Origin: Escherichia coli
GTDB lineage: Bacteria > Pseudomonadota > Gammaproteobacteria > Enterobacterales > Enterobacteriaceae
Assembly: GCF_003334785.1 (NCBI RefSeq)
Contig: NZ_QOWV01000001.1
DNA: 64,000 nucleotides
Direction: 5' to 3' (one strand)
This document shows positions 34,060 to 46,110 of this stretch, in pieces. The notes below the pieces were generated by a model. It saw nothing but the letters and a program-made list of their open reading frames with translations. It was not told the origin of the DNA and did no database searches. The position numbers and the translations under genes were made by a program. Every line of letters begins with the position of its first letter. Position 1 is the first letter of the stretch.

Positions 34060-34707
34060 GTGATTCAGACCTTTTTTGATTTTCCCGTTTACTTCAAATT
34101 TTTCATCGGGTTATTTGCGCTGGTCAACCCGGTAGGGATTATTCCCGTCTTTATCAGCATGACCAGTTATCAGACAGCGGCAGCGCGAAACAAAACTAAC
34201 CTTACAGCCAACCTGTCTGTGGCCATTATCTTGTGGATCTCGCTTTTTCTCGGCGACACGATTCTACAACTTTTTGGTATATCAATTGATTCGTTCCGTA
34301 TCGCCGGGGGTATCCTGGTGGTGACAATAGCGATGTCGATGATCAGCGGCAAGCTTGGCGAGGATAAACAGAACAAGCAAGAAAAATCAGAAACCGCGGT
34401 ACGTGAAAGCATTGGTGTGGTGCCACTGGCGTTGCCGTTGATGGCGGGGCCAGGGGCGATCAGTTCTACCATCGTCTGGGGTACGCGTTATCACAGCATT
34501 AGCTATCTGTTTGGTTTCTTTGTGGCTATTGCATTGTTCGCTTTATGTTGTTGGGGATTGTTCCGCATGGCACCGTGGCTGGTACGGGTTTTACGCCAGA
34601 CCGGCATCAACGTGATTACGCGTATTATGGGGCTATTGCTGATGGCATTGGGGATTGAATTTATCGTTACTGGTATTAAGGGGATTTTCCCCGGCCTGCT
34701 TAATTAA
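34060..34707 (+). CDS. ychE: MarC-family inner-membrane protein
   Basis: 215-aa polytopic ORF starting at GTG 34060. Confidence 0.88.
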   Translation: MIQTFFDFPVYFKFFIGLFALVNPVGIIPVFISMTSYQTAAARNKTNLTANLSVAIILWISLFLGDTILQLFGISIDSFRIAGGILVVTIAMSMISGKLGEDKQNKQEKSETAVRESIGVVPLALPLMAGPGAISSTIVWGTRYHSISYLFGFFVAIALFALCCWGLFRMAPWLVRVLRQTGINVITRIMGLLLMALGIEFIVTGIKGIFPGLLN

Positions 34708-35444
34708 TTCCTTTCAAATGAAACGGAGCTGCCATGCTCCGTTTACTTCGTCATTATTTTTACTTTGTTCCCGCGCAGTTATCAAAAGCAAAAGGAATAG
34801 GTAAAAATATTCTTCTCAAATTACAGTTAGTTATAAGGATTTCCTTAACTGCTTCTCCTCACCATCATGTTATTTTCGCCACATCATAATCCTGGGCTTG
34901 CTGAAGAATAATTGAAATGATATTAGTAATTCCACTGCCTTTGGTAGAGGAAAGTGCTAAATAATAATCAATTGTTAAATTATTGTGCATTTCACTACTG
35001 GAACTGTAATCAGAAAAGATAGACATGCTTAGCCAATCTCTATTTGATTGAATTGAAAGATGTTTGTTAAGGCATGGATGCAAGCTATAGATTCTGATAC
35101 GGTCAATAAAAGAGAATTGCTTAACAATTTTGCAAAATGTATTGGCGAGTAAGAACCGCATTTGGTACTTTCCGGGCAACCGCCAGACGATTCTTTATTG
35201 GTAATGAGAATAATTAACAATTAAAGAGCGTCGCGAAAGAATAATGTGTCTCGACAGGGGAGACACAGTACGAATCGACATAAGGTGATCGTCTGAATCA
35301 CCAGAATAAATAAAGTCGGTGATAGTAATACGTAACGATAAAGTAACCTGACAGCAGAAAGTCTCCGAGCCTGTGCAGGGTCCCAATCCGGGATTACACA
35401 TGCTGGTTAATACCAGTAATTATAATGAGGGAGTCCAAAAAACA

Positions 35445-37076
35445 ATGACCAACATCACCAAGAGAAGTTTAGTAGCAGCTGGCGTTCTGGCTGCGCTAAT
35501 GGCAGGGAATGTCGCGCTGGCAGCTGATGTACCCGCAGGCGTCACACTGGCGGAAAAACAAACACTGGTACGTAACAATGGTTCAGAAGTTCAGTCATTA
35601 GATCCGCACAAAATTGAAGGTGTTCCGGAGTCTAATATCAGCCGAGACCTGTTTGAAGGCTTACTGGTCAGCGATCTTGACGGTCATCCAGCACCTGGCG
35701 TCGCTGAATCCTGGGATAATAAAGACGCGAAAGTCTGGACCTTCCATTTGCGTAAAGATGCGAAATGGTCTGATGGCACGCCAGTCACAGCACAAGACTT
35801 TGTGTATAGCTGGCAACGTTCTGTTGATCCGAACACTGCTTCTCCGTATGCCAGTTATCTGCAATATGGGCATATCGCCGGTATTGATGAAATTCTTGAA
35901 GGGAAAAAACCGATTACCGATCTCGGCGTGAAAGCTATTGATGATCACACATTAGAAGTCACCTTAAGTGAACCCGTTCCGTACTTCTATAAATTACTTG
36001 TTCACCCATCAACTTCACCGGTGCCAAAAGCCGCTATCGAGAAATTCGGCGAAAAATGGACCCAGCCTGGTAATATCGTCACCAACGGTGCCTATACCTT
36101 AAAAGATTGGGTCGTAAACGAACGAATCGTTCTTGAACGCAGCCCGACCTACTGGAACAACGCGAAAACCGTTATTAACCAGGTAACCTATTTGCCTATT
36201 GCTTCTGAAGTTACCGATGTCAACCGCTACCGTAGTGGTGAAATCGACATGACGTATAACAACATGCCGATCGAATTGTTCCAGAAGCTGAAAAAAGAGA
36301 TCCCGGACGAAGTTCACGTTGATCCATACCTGTGCACTTACTATTACGAAATTAACAACCAGAAACCGCCATTCAACGATGTGCGTGTGCGTACCGCACT
36401 GAAACTAGGTATGGACCGCGATATCATTGTTAATAAAGTGAAAGCGCAGGGCGACATGCCCGCCTATGGTTACACTCCACCGTATACTGATGGCGCAAAA
36501 TTGACTCAGCCAGAATGGTTTGGCTGGAGCCAGGAAAAACGTAACGAAGAAGCGAAAAAACTGCTGGCTGAAGCGGGTTATACCGCAGACAAACCGTTGA
36601 CCATCAACCTGTTGTATAACACCTCCGATCTGCATAAAAAGCTGGCGATTGCTGCCTCTTCATTGTGGAAGAAAAACATTGGTGTAAACGTCAAACTGGT
36701 TAACCAGGAGTGGAAAACGTTCCTCGACACCCGTCACCAGGGTACTTTTGATGTGGCCCGTGCAGGCTGGTGTGCTGACTACAACGAACCAACTTCCTTC
36801 CTGAACACCATGCTTTCGAACAGCTCGATGAATACCGCGCATTATAAGAGCCCGGCCTTTGACAGCATTATGGCGGAAACGCTGAAAGTGACTGACGAGG
36901 CGCAGCGCACAGCTCTGTACACTAAAGCAGAACAACAGCTGGATAAGGATTCGGCCATTGTTCCTGTTTATTACTACGTGAATGCGCGTCTGGTGAAACC
37001 GTGGGTTGGTGGCTATACCGGCAAAGATCCGCTGGATAATACCTATACCCGGAATATGTACATTGTGAAGCACTAA
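35445..37076 (+). CDS. oppA: periplasmic oligopeptide-binding protein
   Basis: start placed at MTNITKRSLVAAGVLAALMAGNVALA (signal peptide) for a 543-aa product; ORF track starts 24 codons upstream. Confidence 0.94.
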   Translation: MTNITKRSLVAAGVLAALMAGNVALAADVPAGVTLAEKQTLVRNNGSEVQSLDPHKIEGVPESNISRDLFEGLLVSDLDGHPAPGVAESWDNKDAKVWTFHLRKDAKWSDGTPVTAQDFVYSWQRSVDPNTASPYASYLQYGHIAGIDEILEGKKPITDLGVKAIDDHTLEVTLSEPVPYFYKLLVHPSTSPVPKAAIEKFGEKWTQPGNIVTNGAYTLKDWVVNERIVLERSPTYWNNAKTVINQVTYLPIASEVTDVNRYRSGEIDMTYNNMPIELFQKLKKEIPDEVHVDPYLCTYYYEINNQKPPFNDVRVRTALKLGMDRDIIVNKVKAQGDMPAYGYTPPYTDGAKLTQPEWFGWSQEKRNEEAKKLLAEAGYTADKPLTINLLYNTSDLHKKLAIAASSLWKKNIGVNVKLVNQEWKTFLDTRHQGTFDVARAGWCADYNEPTSFLNTMLSNSSMNTAHYKSPAFDSIMAETLKVTDEAQRTALYTKAEQQLDKDSAIVPVYYYVNARLVKPWVGGYTGKDPLDNTYTRNMYIVKH

Positions 37077-37161
37077 TGGCAATACGTGGGGCAGGAGTGT
37101 CCTGCTCCACGGTGTCTGATTTTTATCGCATTACAGAAGGCACAGGCCAGAAGGTAGGGCA

Positions 37162-38082
37162 ATGTTAAAATTTATTCTACGTCGCTGTCTGGAAGCGATT
37201 CCGACGCTATTTATTCTTATTACTATTTCGTTCTTTATGATGCGCCTCGCGCCGGGAAGCCCTTTTACCGGCGAACGTACTTTACCGCCAGAAGTGATGG
37301 CCAATATCGAAGCGAAATATCATCTTAATGATCCGATCATGACACAGTATTTCAGCTACCTGAAACAACTGGCGCACGGTGATTTCGGTCCATCGTTTAA
37401 ATATAAAGATTATTCGGTCAATGACTTGGTTGCATCCAGTTTTCCCGTTTCTGCCAAACTGGGAGCCGCAGCATTTTTCCTTGCGGTAATACTGGGTGTT
37501 AGTGCTGGCGTTATTGCCGCATTAAAACAAAACACCAAATGGGACTATACCGTGATGGGGCTGGCAATGACCGGGGTTGTTATCCCCAGTTTTGTGGTTG
37601 CACCATTATTAGTCATGATATTTGCGATCATTTTGCATTGGCTGCCGGGCGGTGGCTGGAATGGTGGGGCGCTTAAATTCATGATATTGCCGATGGTGGC
37701 GTTGTCACTCGCTTATATCGCCAGTATTGCGCGTATTACCCGTGGCTCTATGATTGAAGTATTACACTCCAATTTTATTCGTACTGCCCGGGCGAAAGGG
37801 TTACCTATGCGGCGGATCATTTTACGTCACGCATTAAAACCTGCTCTGTTACCCGTGCTCTCTTATATGGGCCCCGCATTTGTCGGCATTATTACCGGTT
37901 CTATGGTTATCGAAACCATTTATGGTTTGCCGGGGATTGGACAACTGTTCGTTAATGGCGCATTGAACCGTGACTATTCCTTAGTGTTAAGCCTGACCAT
38001 CCTGGTTGGTGCTTTAACCATTTTGTTTAATGCCATTGTCGATGTGCTATATGCGGTTATCGACCCGAAAATCCGTTACTGA
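37162..38082 (+). CDS. oppB: oligopeptide ABC transporter permease
   Basis: 306-aa membrane ORF in the opp operon. Confidence 0.94.
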   Translation: MLKFILRRCLEAIPTLFILITISFFMMRLAPGSPFTGERTLPPEVMANIEAKYHLNDPIMTQYFSYLKQLAHGDFGPSFKYKDYSVNDLVASSFPVSAKLGAAAFFLAVILGVSAGVIAALKQNTKWDYTVMGLAMTGVVIPSFVVAPLLVMIFAIILHWLPGGGWNGGALKFMILPMVALSLAYIASIARITRGSMIEVLHSNFIRTARAKGLPMRRIILRHALKPALLPVLSYMGPAFVGIITGSMVIETIYGLPGIGQLFVNGALNRDYSLVLSLTILVGALTILFNAIVDVLYAVIDPKIRY

Positions 38083-38096
38083 TACTGGAGCTCGCG

Positions 38097-39005
38097 ATGA
38101 TGTTAAGTAAGAAAAACAGCGAGACGCTGGAAAATTTCAGTGAAAAGCTGGAGGTCGAAGGGCGCAGCTTGTGGCAGGACGCACGTCGACGTTTTATGCA
38201 TAACCGTGCGGCGGTTGCCAGTCTGATAGTGCTGGTGCTGATCGCGTTATTTGTAATCCTGGCACCGATGCTTTCCCAGTTTGCCTATGACGATACTGAC
38301 TGGGCGATGATGTCCAGCGCCCCGGATATGGAGTCCGGTCACTACTTTGGTACTGACTCATCCGGTCGCGACCTGCTTGTGCGCGTTGCGATTGGCGGGC
38401 GTATCTCACTCATGGTCGGTGTTGCTGCGGCACTGGTGGCTGTGGTCGTCGGGACACTTTATGGTTCGCTTTCCGGTTATCTGGGCGGTAAAGTGGATTC
38501 GGTAATGATGCGTCTGCTGGAAATCCTCAACTCCTTCCCATTCATGTTCTTCGTCATTTTGCTGGTGACCTTTTTCGGTCAAAACATCCTGCTGATTTTC
38601 GTGGCGATAGGCATGGTTTCCTGGCTGGATATGGCTCGTATTGTGCGTGGGCAAACCCTGAGTCTGAAGCGCAAAGAGTTTATTGAGGCGGCACAAGTTG
38701 GCGGTGTATCGACATCGGGCATTGTTATTCGCCACATTGTGCCGAATGTACTCGGTGTGGTGGTGGTCTACGCATCACTTCTGGTGCCCAGCATGATCCT
38801 CTTTGAATCTTTCCTTAGCTTCCTGGGGTTGGGTACGCAAGAGCCGTTAAGCAGCTGGGGTGCATTGCTGAGTGATGGCGCGAACTCGATGGAAGTCTCT
38901 CCATGGTTATTGTTGTTCCCAGCGGGATTCCTCGTGGTGACGCTGTTTTGTTTCAACTTTATCGGCGATGGCTTGCGTGATGCCCTCGACCCGAAAGATC
39001 GTTAA
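38097..39005 (+). CDS. oppC: oligopeptide ABC transporter permease
   Basis: 302-aa membrane ORF. Confidence 0.94.
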   Translation: MMLSKKNSETLENFSEKLEVEGRSLWQDARRRFMHNRAAVASLIVLVLIALFVILAPMLSQFAYDDTDWAMMSSAPDMESGHYFGTDSSGRDLLVRVAIGGRISLMVGVAAALVAVVVGTLYGSLSGYLGGKVDSVMMRLLEILNSFPFMFFVILLVTFFGQNILLIFVAIGMVSWLDMARIVRGQTLSLKRKEFIEAAQVGGVSTSGIVIRHIVPNVLGVVVVYASLLVPSMILFESFLSFLGLGTQEPLSSWGALLSDGANSMEVSPWLLLFPAGFLVVTLFCFNFIGDGLRDALDPKDR

Positions 39006-39016
39006 GGAGTGCAGCC

Positions 39017-40030
39017 ATGAGCGTAATTGAAACTGCAACTGTGCCGCTCGCACAACAACAGGCTGACGCACTGCTGAACGTGAAAGATTTGCGTGTCACC
39101 TTTAGTACCCCGGACGGCGACGTCACGGCGGTCAATGATTTGAATTTTTCCCTACGTGCCGGAGAAACGCTGGGTATTGTAGGTGAGTCTGGTTCGGGTA
39201 AATCGCAAACTGCATTTGCGTTGATGGGCCTGTTGGCTGCCAACGGACGTATTGGCGGATCGGCAACCTTCAATGGGCGTGAAATCCTCAATTTGCCAGA
39301 GCATGAACTCAATAAACTGCGCGCTGAACAAATCTCAATGATTTTTCAGGACCCAATGACTTCGTTGAATCCCTATATGCGCGTCGGTGAGCAGTTGATG
39401 GAAGTGCTGATGCTGCATAAGAACATGAGCAAAGCTGAGGCGTTTGAAGAGTCGGTGCGGATGCTTGATGCGGTAAAAATGCCGGAAGCGCGTAAACGCA
39501 TGAAAATGTACCCGCACGAATTTTCTGGCGGCATGCGTCAGCGAGTCATGATTGCGATGGCCTTGTTATGTCGACCTAAGCTGCTGATTGCGGATGAACC
39601 AACAACTGCGCTGGACGTCACCGTACAGGCGCAGATCATGACGCTATTAAATGAACTGAAGCGGGAATTTAATACCGCCATCATTATGATCACCCACGAT
39701 CTTGGCGTGGTGGCGGGGATCTGCGACAAAGTGCTGGTAATGTACGCCGGGCGCACGATGGAATATGGCAACGCGCGCGATGTCTTTTATCAACCCGTTC
39801 ATCCTTATTCTATCGGTTTGCTCAACGCGGTGCCGCGTCTCGATGCGGAAGGTGAAACAATGTTGACCATCCCGGGTAATCCGCCAAACCTGCTGCGATT
39901 ACCGAAAGGTTGCCCGTTCCAGCCACGTTGTCCGCATGCGATGGAAATTTGTAGTAGCGCACCGCCGCTGGAAGAGTTTACGCCTGGCCGTCTGCGTGCT
40001 TGCTTTAAACCGGTGGAGGAACTGTTATGA
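39017..40030 (+). CDS. oppD: oligopeptide ABC transporter ATPase
   Basis: Walker A (GESGSGKS), signature (FSGGMRQR) and Walker B motifs. Confidence 0.95.
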   Translation: MSVIETATVPLAQQQADALLNVKDLRVTFSTPDGDVTAVNDLNFSLRAGETLGIVGESGSGKSQTAFALMGLLAANGRIGGSATFNGREILNLPEHELNKLRAEQISMIFQDPMTSLNPYMRVGEQLMEVLMLHKNMSKAEAFEESVRMLDAVKMPEARKRMKMYPHEFSGGMRQRVMIAMALLCRPKLLIADEPTTALDVTVQAQIMTLLNELKREFNTAIIMITHDLGVVAGICDKVLVMYAGRTMEYGNARDVFYQPVHPYSIGLLNAVPRLDAEGETMLTIPGNPPNLLRLPKGCPFQPRCPHAMEICSSAPPLEEFTPGRLRACFKPVEELL

Positions 40031-41031
40031 ATGCTGTAACTGAAGGAAGAAAAGTCCTCCTTGAAATCGCCGATCTTAAAGTGCACTTTGAAATCAAAGA
40101 TGGCAAACAGTGGTTCTGGCAACCGCCGAAAACGCTCAAAGCCGTCGATGGTGTCACTCTTCGCCTGTATGAAGGGGAAACATTAGGTGTGGTAGGGGAA
40201 TCGGGATGCGGTAAGTCCACCTTTGCTCGCGCCATCATCGGTTTGGTCAAGGCGACCGACGGTCATGTTGCCTGGTTAGGTAAAGAGTTGCTGGGCATGA
40301 AACCCGATGAATGGCGTGCCGTTCGCAGTGATATTCAGATGATTTTCCAGGATCCGTTGGCATCGCTAAACCCGCGTATGACCATCGGCGAGATCATCGC
40401 TGAACCACTGCGTACTTATCATCCGAAAATGTCACGCCAGGAAGTTCGCGAGCGCGTGAAGGCGATGATGCTGAAAGTCGGGTTATTGCCTAACCTGATT
40501 AACCGCTATCCGCATGAGTTCTCTGGTGGGCAGTGCCAGCGTATCGGGATTGCGCGTGCTCTTATTCTTGAACCGAAGCTGATTATCTGTGATGAGCCGG
40601 TGTCGGCGCTGGACGTGTCAATTCAGGCACAGGTGGTCAACCTGCTCCAGCAATTGCAACGTGAGATGGGATTGTCATTAATTTTTATCGCTCATGACCT
40701 GGCCGTGGTAAAACACATTTCCGATCGTGTGTTGGTGATGTATCTCGGCCATGCGGTAGAACTGGGGACCTATGATGAGGTCTACCACAATCCACTACAT
40801 CCTTACACCAGGGCATTGATGTCGGCAGTCCCCATACCTGATCCGGATCTGGAGAAGAACAAAACCATCCAGTTACTGGAAGGGGAATTACCGTCGCCGA
40901 TCAACCCGCCTTCCGGTTGTGTTTTCCGTACCCGTTGCCCGATTGCCGGTCCAGAGTGCGCCAAAACACGTCCTGTTCTGGAGGGGAGTTTCAGACACGC
41001 CGTTTCTTGCCTGAAAGTCGATCCGCTTTAA
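40027..41031 (+). CDS. oppF: oligopeptide ABC transporter ATPase
   Basis: Walker A (GESGCGKST) and signature (FSGGQCQR); ATGA overlap with oppD. Confidence 0.95.
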   Translation: MNAVTEGRKVLLEIADLKVHFEIKDGKQWFWQPPKTLKAVDGVTLRLYEGETLGVVGESGCGKSTFARAIIGLVKATDGHVAWLGKELLGMKPDEWRAVRSDIQMIFQDPLASLNPRMTIGEIIAEPLRTYHPKMSRQEVRERVKAMMLKVGLLPNLINRYPHEFSGGQCQRIGIARALILEPKLIICDEPVSALDVSIQAQVVNLLQQLQREMGLSLIFIAHDLAVVKHISDRVLVMYLGHAVELGTYDEVYHNPLHPYTRALMSAVPIPDPDLEKNKTIQLLEGELPSPINPPSGCVFRTRCPIAGPECAKTRPVLEGSFRHAVSCLKVDPL

Positions 41032-41083
41032 AAACAATAAGGGCTGACAGTTGTCAGCCCTTTTTCACGCTAAAAGCGATTAT

Positions 41084-42908
<1,825 letters not shown>

Positions 42909-43050
42909 AGATTAGAAATCCTTTTGAAAGCGCATTGTTATGAGTTTACGCATATGGATTCATCTGGCAAATAAAAACGCGGGAAAAGCACTGGTCAGCG
43001 TCGGGGGTGGGGGTATAATGACCATTCTGTTATTGCATAGAGTAGTTAAC

Positions 43051-43224
43051 ATGAAGCGGAGTAGAACGGAAGTGGGGCGCTGGCGCATGCAGCGTCAGGC
43101 TAGCCGACGTAAATCGCGTTGGCTTGAGGGGCAATCGCGCCGAAATATGCGTATCCACAGCATCAGGAAGTGCATTCTAAACAAACAGCGTAACTCGTTA
43201 TTGTTTGCGATCTACAATATCTAA
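43051..43224 (+). CDS. yciY: small highly basic hypothetical protein (57 aa)
   Basis: ATG-initiated sub-ORF of ORF-track 42940..43224 (MKRSRTEVGRWRMQRQASRRKSRWLEGQSRRNMRIH...); I recall an annotated small gene here, but expression is not demonstrable from sequence. Confidence 0.4.
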   Translation: MKRSRTEVGRWRMQRQASRRKSRWLEGQSRRNMRIHSIRKCILNKQRNSLLFAIYNI

Positions 43225-43278
43225 ATGTACTGGGCACCATTGCGGTGCCCAATAAGTTTACTCTTCCGTCTTTAAACT

Positions 43279-44532
43279 CTATTTTTGCGCCGATTCTTTA
43301 CTGTCAGCTTTCGTTTCTAGTTCATCGTTATCGCTGAAAATACCATGACCTGAGTTCAACAACATTGAAACGAGCATATCATTATTAATCTCTTCACCAT
43401 TTAAAACTCGCGCCAGAATTTCGCTGCCAAACAGTTGCGGTGAGAGAATGATATCCGGATGTACCATCTTAATCTTATTCAGGTTTTTGCTATCACTGAC
43501 GGCGAGAACTGTTTTGACATCACTGCTCATATCTTTTGCCGAGAGTACAACAAACGCGTTATCTGCATCGTTATCACTCAGCGCCAGAATGGCCCGGCAA
43601 CGATCGATTCCCGCTTTCTTTAATACAGAACTGTCATTACTGTCACCGGGGATAACATCAGCATTATCGCCTAAGCGTTGCTCAAGTTGCTTGATATCAT
43701 CTTCAGGCAAGTTGCTGATAACCGTTACGTTTTGTCCGCGTTGATTCAGTTGCAGGATCGTATTGATGGCGAGAATCGAATGTCCGCAAACAATAAAATG
43801 ATCTTTACGATGCATTGTATGATTGTTTCCTTTTACAAGTTTGTTGAATCCCCCGCGGATAAGCGGACCAAAAATTGAGGTCATAGATGTGGCAAAAACG
43901 GTAATGCCGGAAATAATGACCGAAATAGTGAACAATCGTGCTGATTCAGAAACAGGGACAATATCGCCATAGCCGACGGTTGACATGGTTTCTATCGAAA
44001 AATAGAACGCGGTCATCAAACTTTCTATTCGCGGATTAAAACCTTCGCTTAAATAAAGCGCACCGTAGGTTGAGTAAAACAGTAATGTCGTGAAACTAAT
44101 AAATGCAAAAATTGTCCCGGCTGCGGCGCTACTGTGGGAGAAGTCTTTGCGCAGTATCAGCAAAAACACCAGCGTAAAAATGCAAAATCCAATACTAAAT
44201 TTCAGCCAGGGATAAAAATGCAGGGTGTAAATTAGCGCTATCAACAACAAAATGATACTGATTGCCCATGCGAGCTTTGCCCGGAACAGTAAGCCAATGG
44301 AGTTCAGGACAAGAAAGACGCCGAGCATAAAGAGTGGGGCGTTTGCCAGCAAGGAGAGATCCAACTCTGAAAATGCTTTGATATGGAAAATATCAAGCAA
44401 ATTGACCGACATACCATAGATTGTTTTAAAAATAAGCAATCCATTTAAAAAGACGGCCAGCGCGAGAATGTCGTGCCGAAGGGTCACCCATAAATTTGTT
44501 GCTGTTTGTTTGAATGTAGCCCAGTGACTCAC
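43279..44532 (-). CDS. kch: voltage-gated-like K+ channel with RCK/TrkA domain
   Basis: K+ selectivity-filter signature TVGYGD present (SIETMSTVGYGDIVPV); start set at GTG (VSHWATF) for a 417-aa product. Confidence 0.9.
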   Translation of the reverse strand: MSHWATFKQTATNLWVTLRHDILALAVFLNGLLIFKTIYGMSVNLLDIFHIKAFSELDLSLLANAPLFMLGVFLVLNSIGLLFRAKLAWAISIILLLIALIYTLHFYPWLKFSIGFCIFTLVFLLILRKDFSHSSAAAGTIFAFISFTTLLFYSTYGALYLSEGFNPRIESLMTAFYFSIETMSTVGYGDIVPVSESARLFTISVIISGITVFATSMTSIFGPLIRGGFNKLVKGNNHTMHRKDHFIVCGHSILAINTILQLNQRGQNVTVISNLPEDDIKQLEQRLGDNADVIPGDSNDSSVLKKAGIDRCRAILALSDNDADNAFVVLSAKDMSSDVKTVLAVSDSKNLNKIKMVHPDIILSPQLFGSEILARVLNGEEINNDMLVSMLLNSGHGIFSDNDELETKADSKESAQK

Positions 44533-44831
44533 TGATACCTCTGTAACCACAATTTTGTTTAATTATCTTAGCGTGCACATTTTCTGAACATACATGCAGC
44601 GCGTGAATGTGTTAAACAATAGTAGATGACTTTATCCGCAGTAATCAAAGGATTTGAGCGAGCAACTGTACCTCAGGAAAGGTCATTTTTCCTGAATATG
44701 CTCACATCATATAAAGAAATACAGATAAAGTTATTATCTGCTTGTGGTGGTGAATGCACTGACCGGCTATAAGGAAAGGCCAAACAAGAACACGGTTGCA
44801 AAAACCGTGCCCTTAAATATTGAATCTCTAT

Positions 44832-45128
44832 TCAGAACACTTTCTTAAATGGTTTCACTGAAACGTGTTCATAGACTCCTGCCGCTACGTACGGGTCAGC
44901 ATCGGCCCAGGCCTGAGCTGCTTCCAGCGATTCAAATTCAGCAATAACGGTTGAGCCAGTAAATCCCGCAGCCCCTGGATCGTTACTGTCTACCGCTGGC
45001 ATTGGACCAGCTGTCAACAAACGACCTTCATCATGCAGTAACTGTAAACGTGCTAAATGTGCCGGACGAACGGAAAGGCGTTTTTCGAGGCTATCAGCTT
45101 TGTCTTGAGCGTAAATAACATACAACAC
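44832..45128 (-). CDS. yciI: YciI-like small protein
   Basis: 98-aa product from GTG start with AAGGAG SD 9 nt upstream; ORF track's 130-aa version starts further upstream. Confidence 0.85.
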
Positions 45129-45280
45129 GGGCACAACTCCTTGTTCGGGAAAGTTGTAAAGTACGTTATTTGAAAGGGCGAAGATCTGCAACGGAAAGAT
45201 GATGTCTTTGTTAAGGCCATGCATAAAGTAAGGGTAATTACGCCAAAAATGACATTTTCACTGATCCTGATCGTCTTGCC

Positions 45281-45308
45281 TTATTGAATATGATTGCTAT
45301 TTGCATTT
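45281..45308 (+). promoter_or_regulatory. probable Fur box overlapping the tonB promoter
   Basis: ttattgaatatgattgctatttgcattt partially matches the Fur consensus GATAATGATAATCATTATC; tonB is a known Fur target. Confidence 0.4.
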
Positions 45309-45351
45309 AAAATCGAGACCTGGTTTTTCTACTGAAATGATTATGACTTCA

Positions 45352-46071
45352 ATGACCCTTGATTTACCTCGCCGCTTCCCCTGGCCGACGTTACTTTCGG
45401 TCTGCATTCATGGTGCTGTTGTGGCGGGTCTGCTCTATACCTCGGTACATCAGGTTATTGAACTACCTGCGCCTGCGCAGCCGATTTCTGTCACGATGGT
45501 TACGCCTGCTGATCTCGAACCGCCACAAGCCGTTCAGCCGCCACCGGAGCCGGTGGTAGAGCCAGAACCGGAACCTGAGCCGATCCCCGAACCGCCAAAA
45601 GAAGCACCGGTGGTCATTGAAAAGCCGAAGCCGAAACCTAAGCCAAAACCGAAGCCGGTGAAAAAGGTACAGGAGCAGCCAAAACGCGATGTCAAACCCG
45701 TAGAGTCGCGTCCGGCATCACCGTTTGAAAATACGGCACCGGCACGCCTGACATCAAGTACAGCAACGGCTGCAACCAGCAAGCCGGTTACCAGTGTGGC
45801 TTCAGGACCACGCGCATTAAGCCGTAATCAGCCGCAGTATCCGGCACGAGCACAGGCATTGCGCATTGAAGGGCAGGTTAAAGTTAAATTTGACGTTACG
45901 CCGGATGGTCGCGTGGATAACGTACAAATCCTCTCAGCCAAGCCTGCGAACATGTTTGAGCGTGAGGTGAAAAATGCGATGCGCAGATGGCGTTATGAGC
46001 CGGGTAAGCCAGGCAGTGGGATTGTGGTGAATATCCTGTTTAAAATTAACGGCACCACCGAAATTCAGTAA
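45352..46071 (+). CDS. tonB: TonB energy-transducing protein
   Basis: start at MTLDLPRRFPWPTLLSV (239 aa); (EP)n and (KP)n proline-rich spacer. Confidence 0.96.
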   Translation: MTLDLPRRFPWPTLLSVCIHGAVVAGLLYTSVHQVIELPAPAQPISVTMVTPADLEPPQAVQPPPEPVVEPEPEPEPIPEPPKEAPVVIEKPKPKPKPKPKPVKKVQEQPKRDVKPVESRPASPFENTAPARLTSSTATAATSKPVTSVASGPRALSRNQPQYPARAQALRIEGQVKVKFDVTPDGRVDNVQILSAKPANMFEREVKNAMRRWRYEPGKPGSGIVVNILFKINGTTEIQ

Positions 46072-46078
46072 GCAGAAA

Positions 46079-46108
46079 GTCAAAAGCCTCCGACCGGAGG
46101 CTTTTGAC
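46079..46108. terminator. bidirectional rho-independent terminator shared by convergent tonB and yciA
   Basis: perfect palindrome gtcaaaagcctccg-accggaggcttttgac between the two convergent stops. Confidence 0.85.
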
Positions 46109-46110
46109 TA

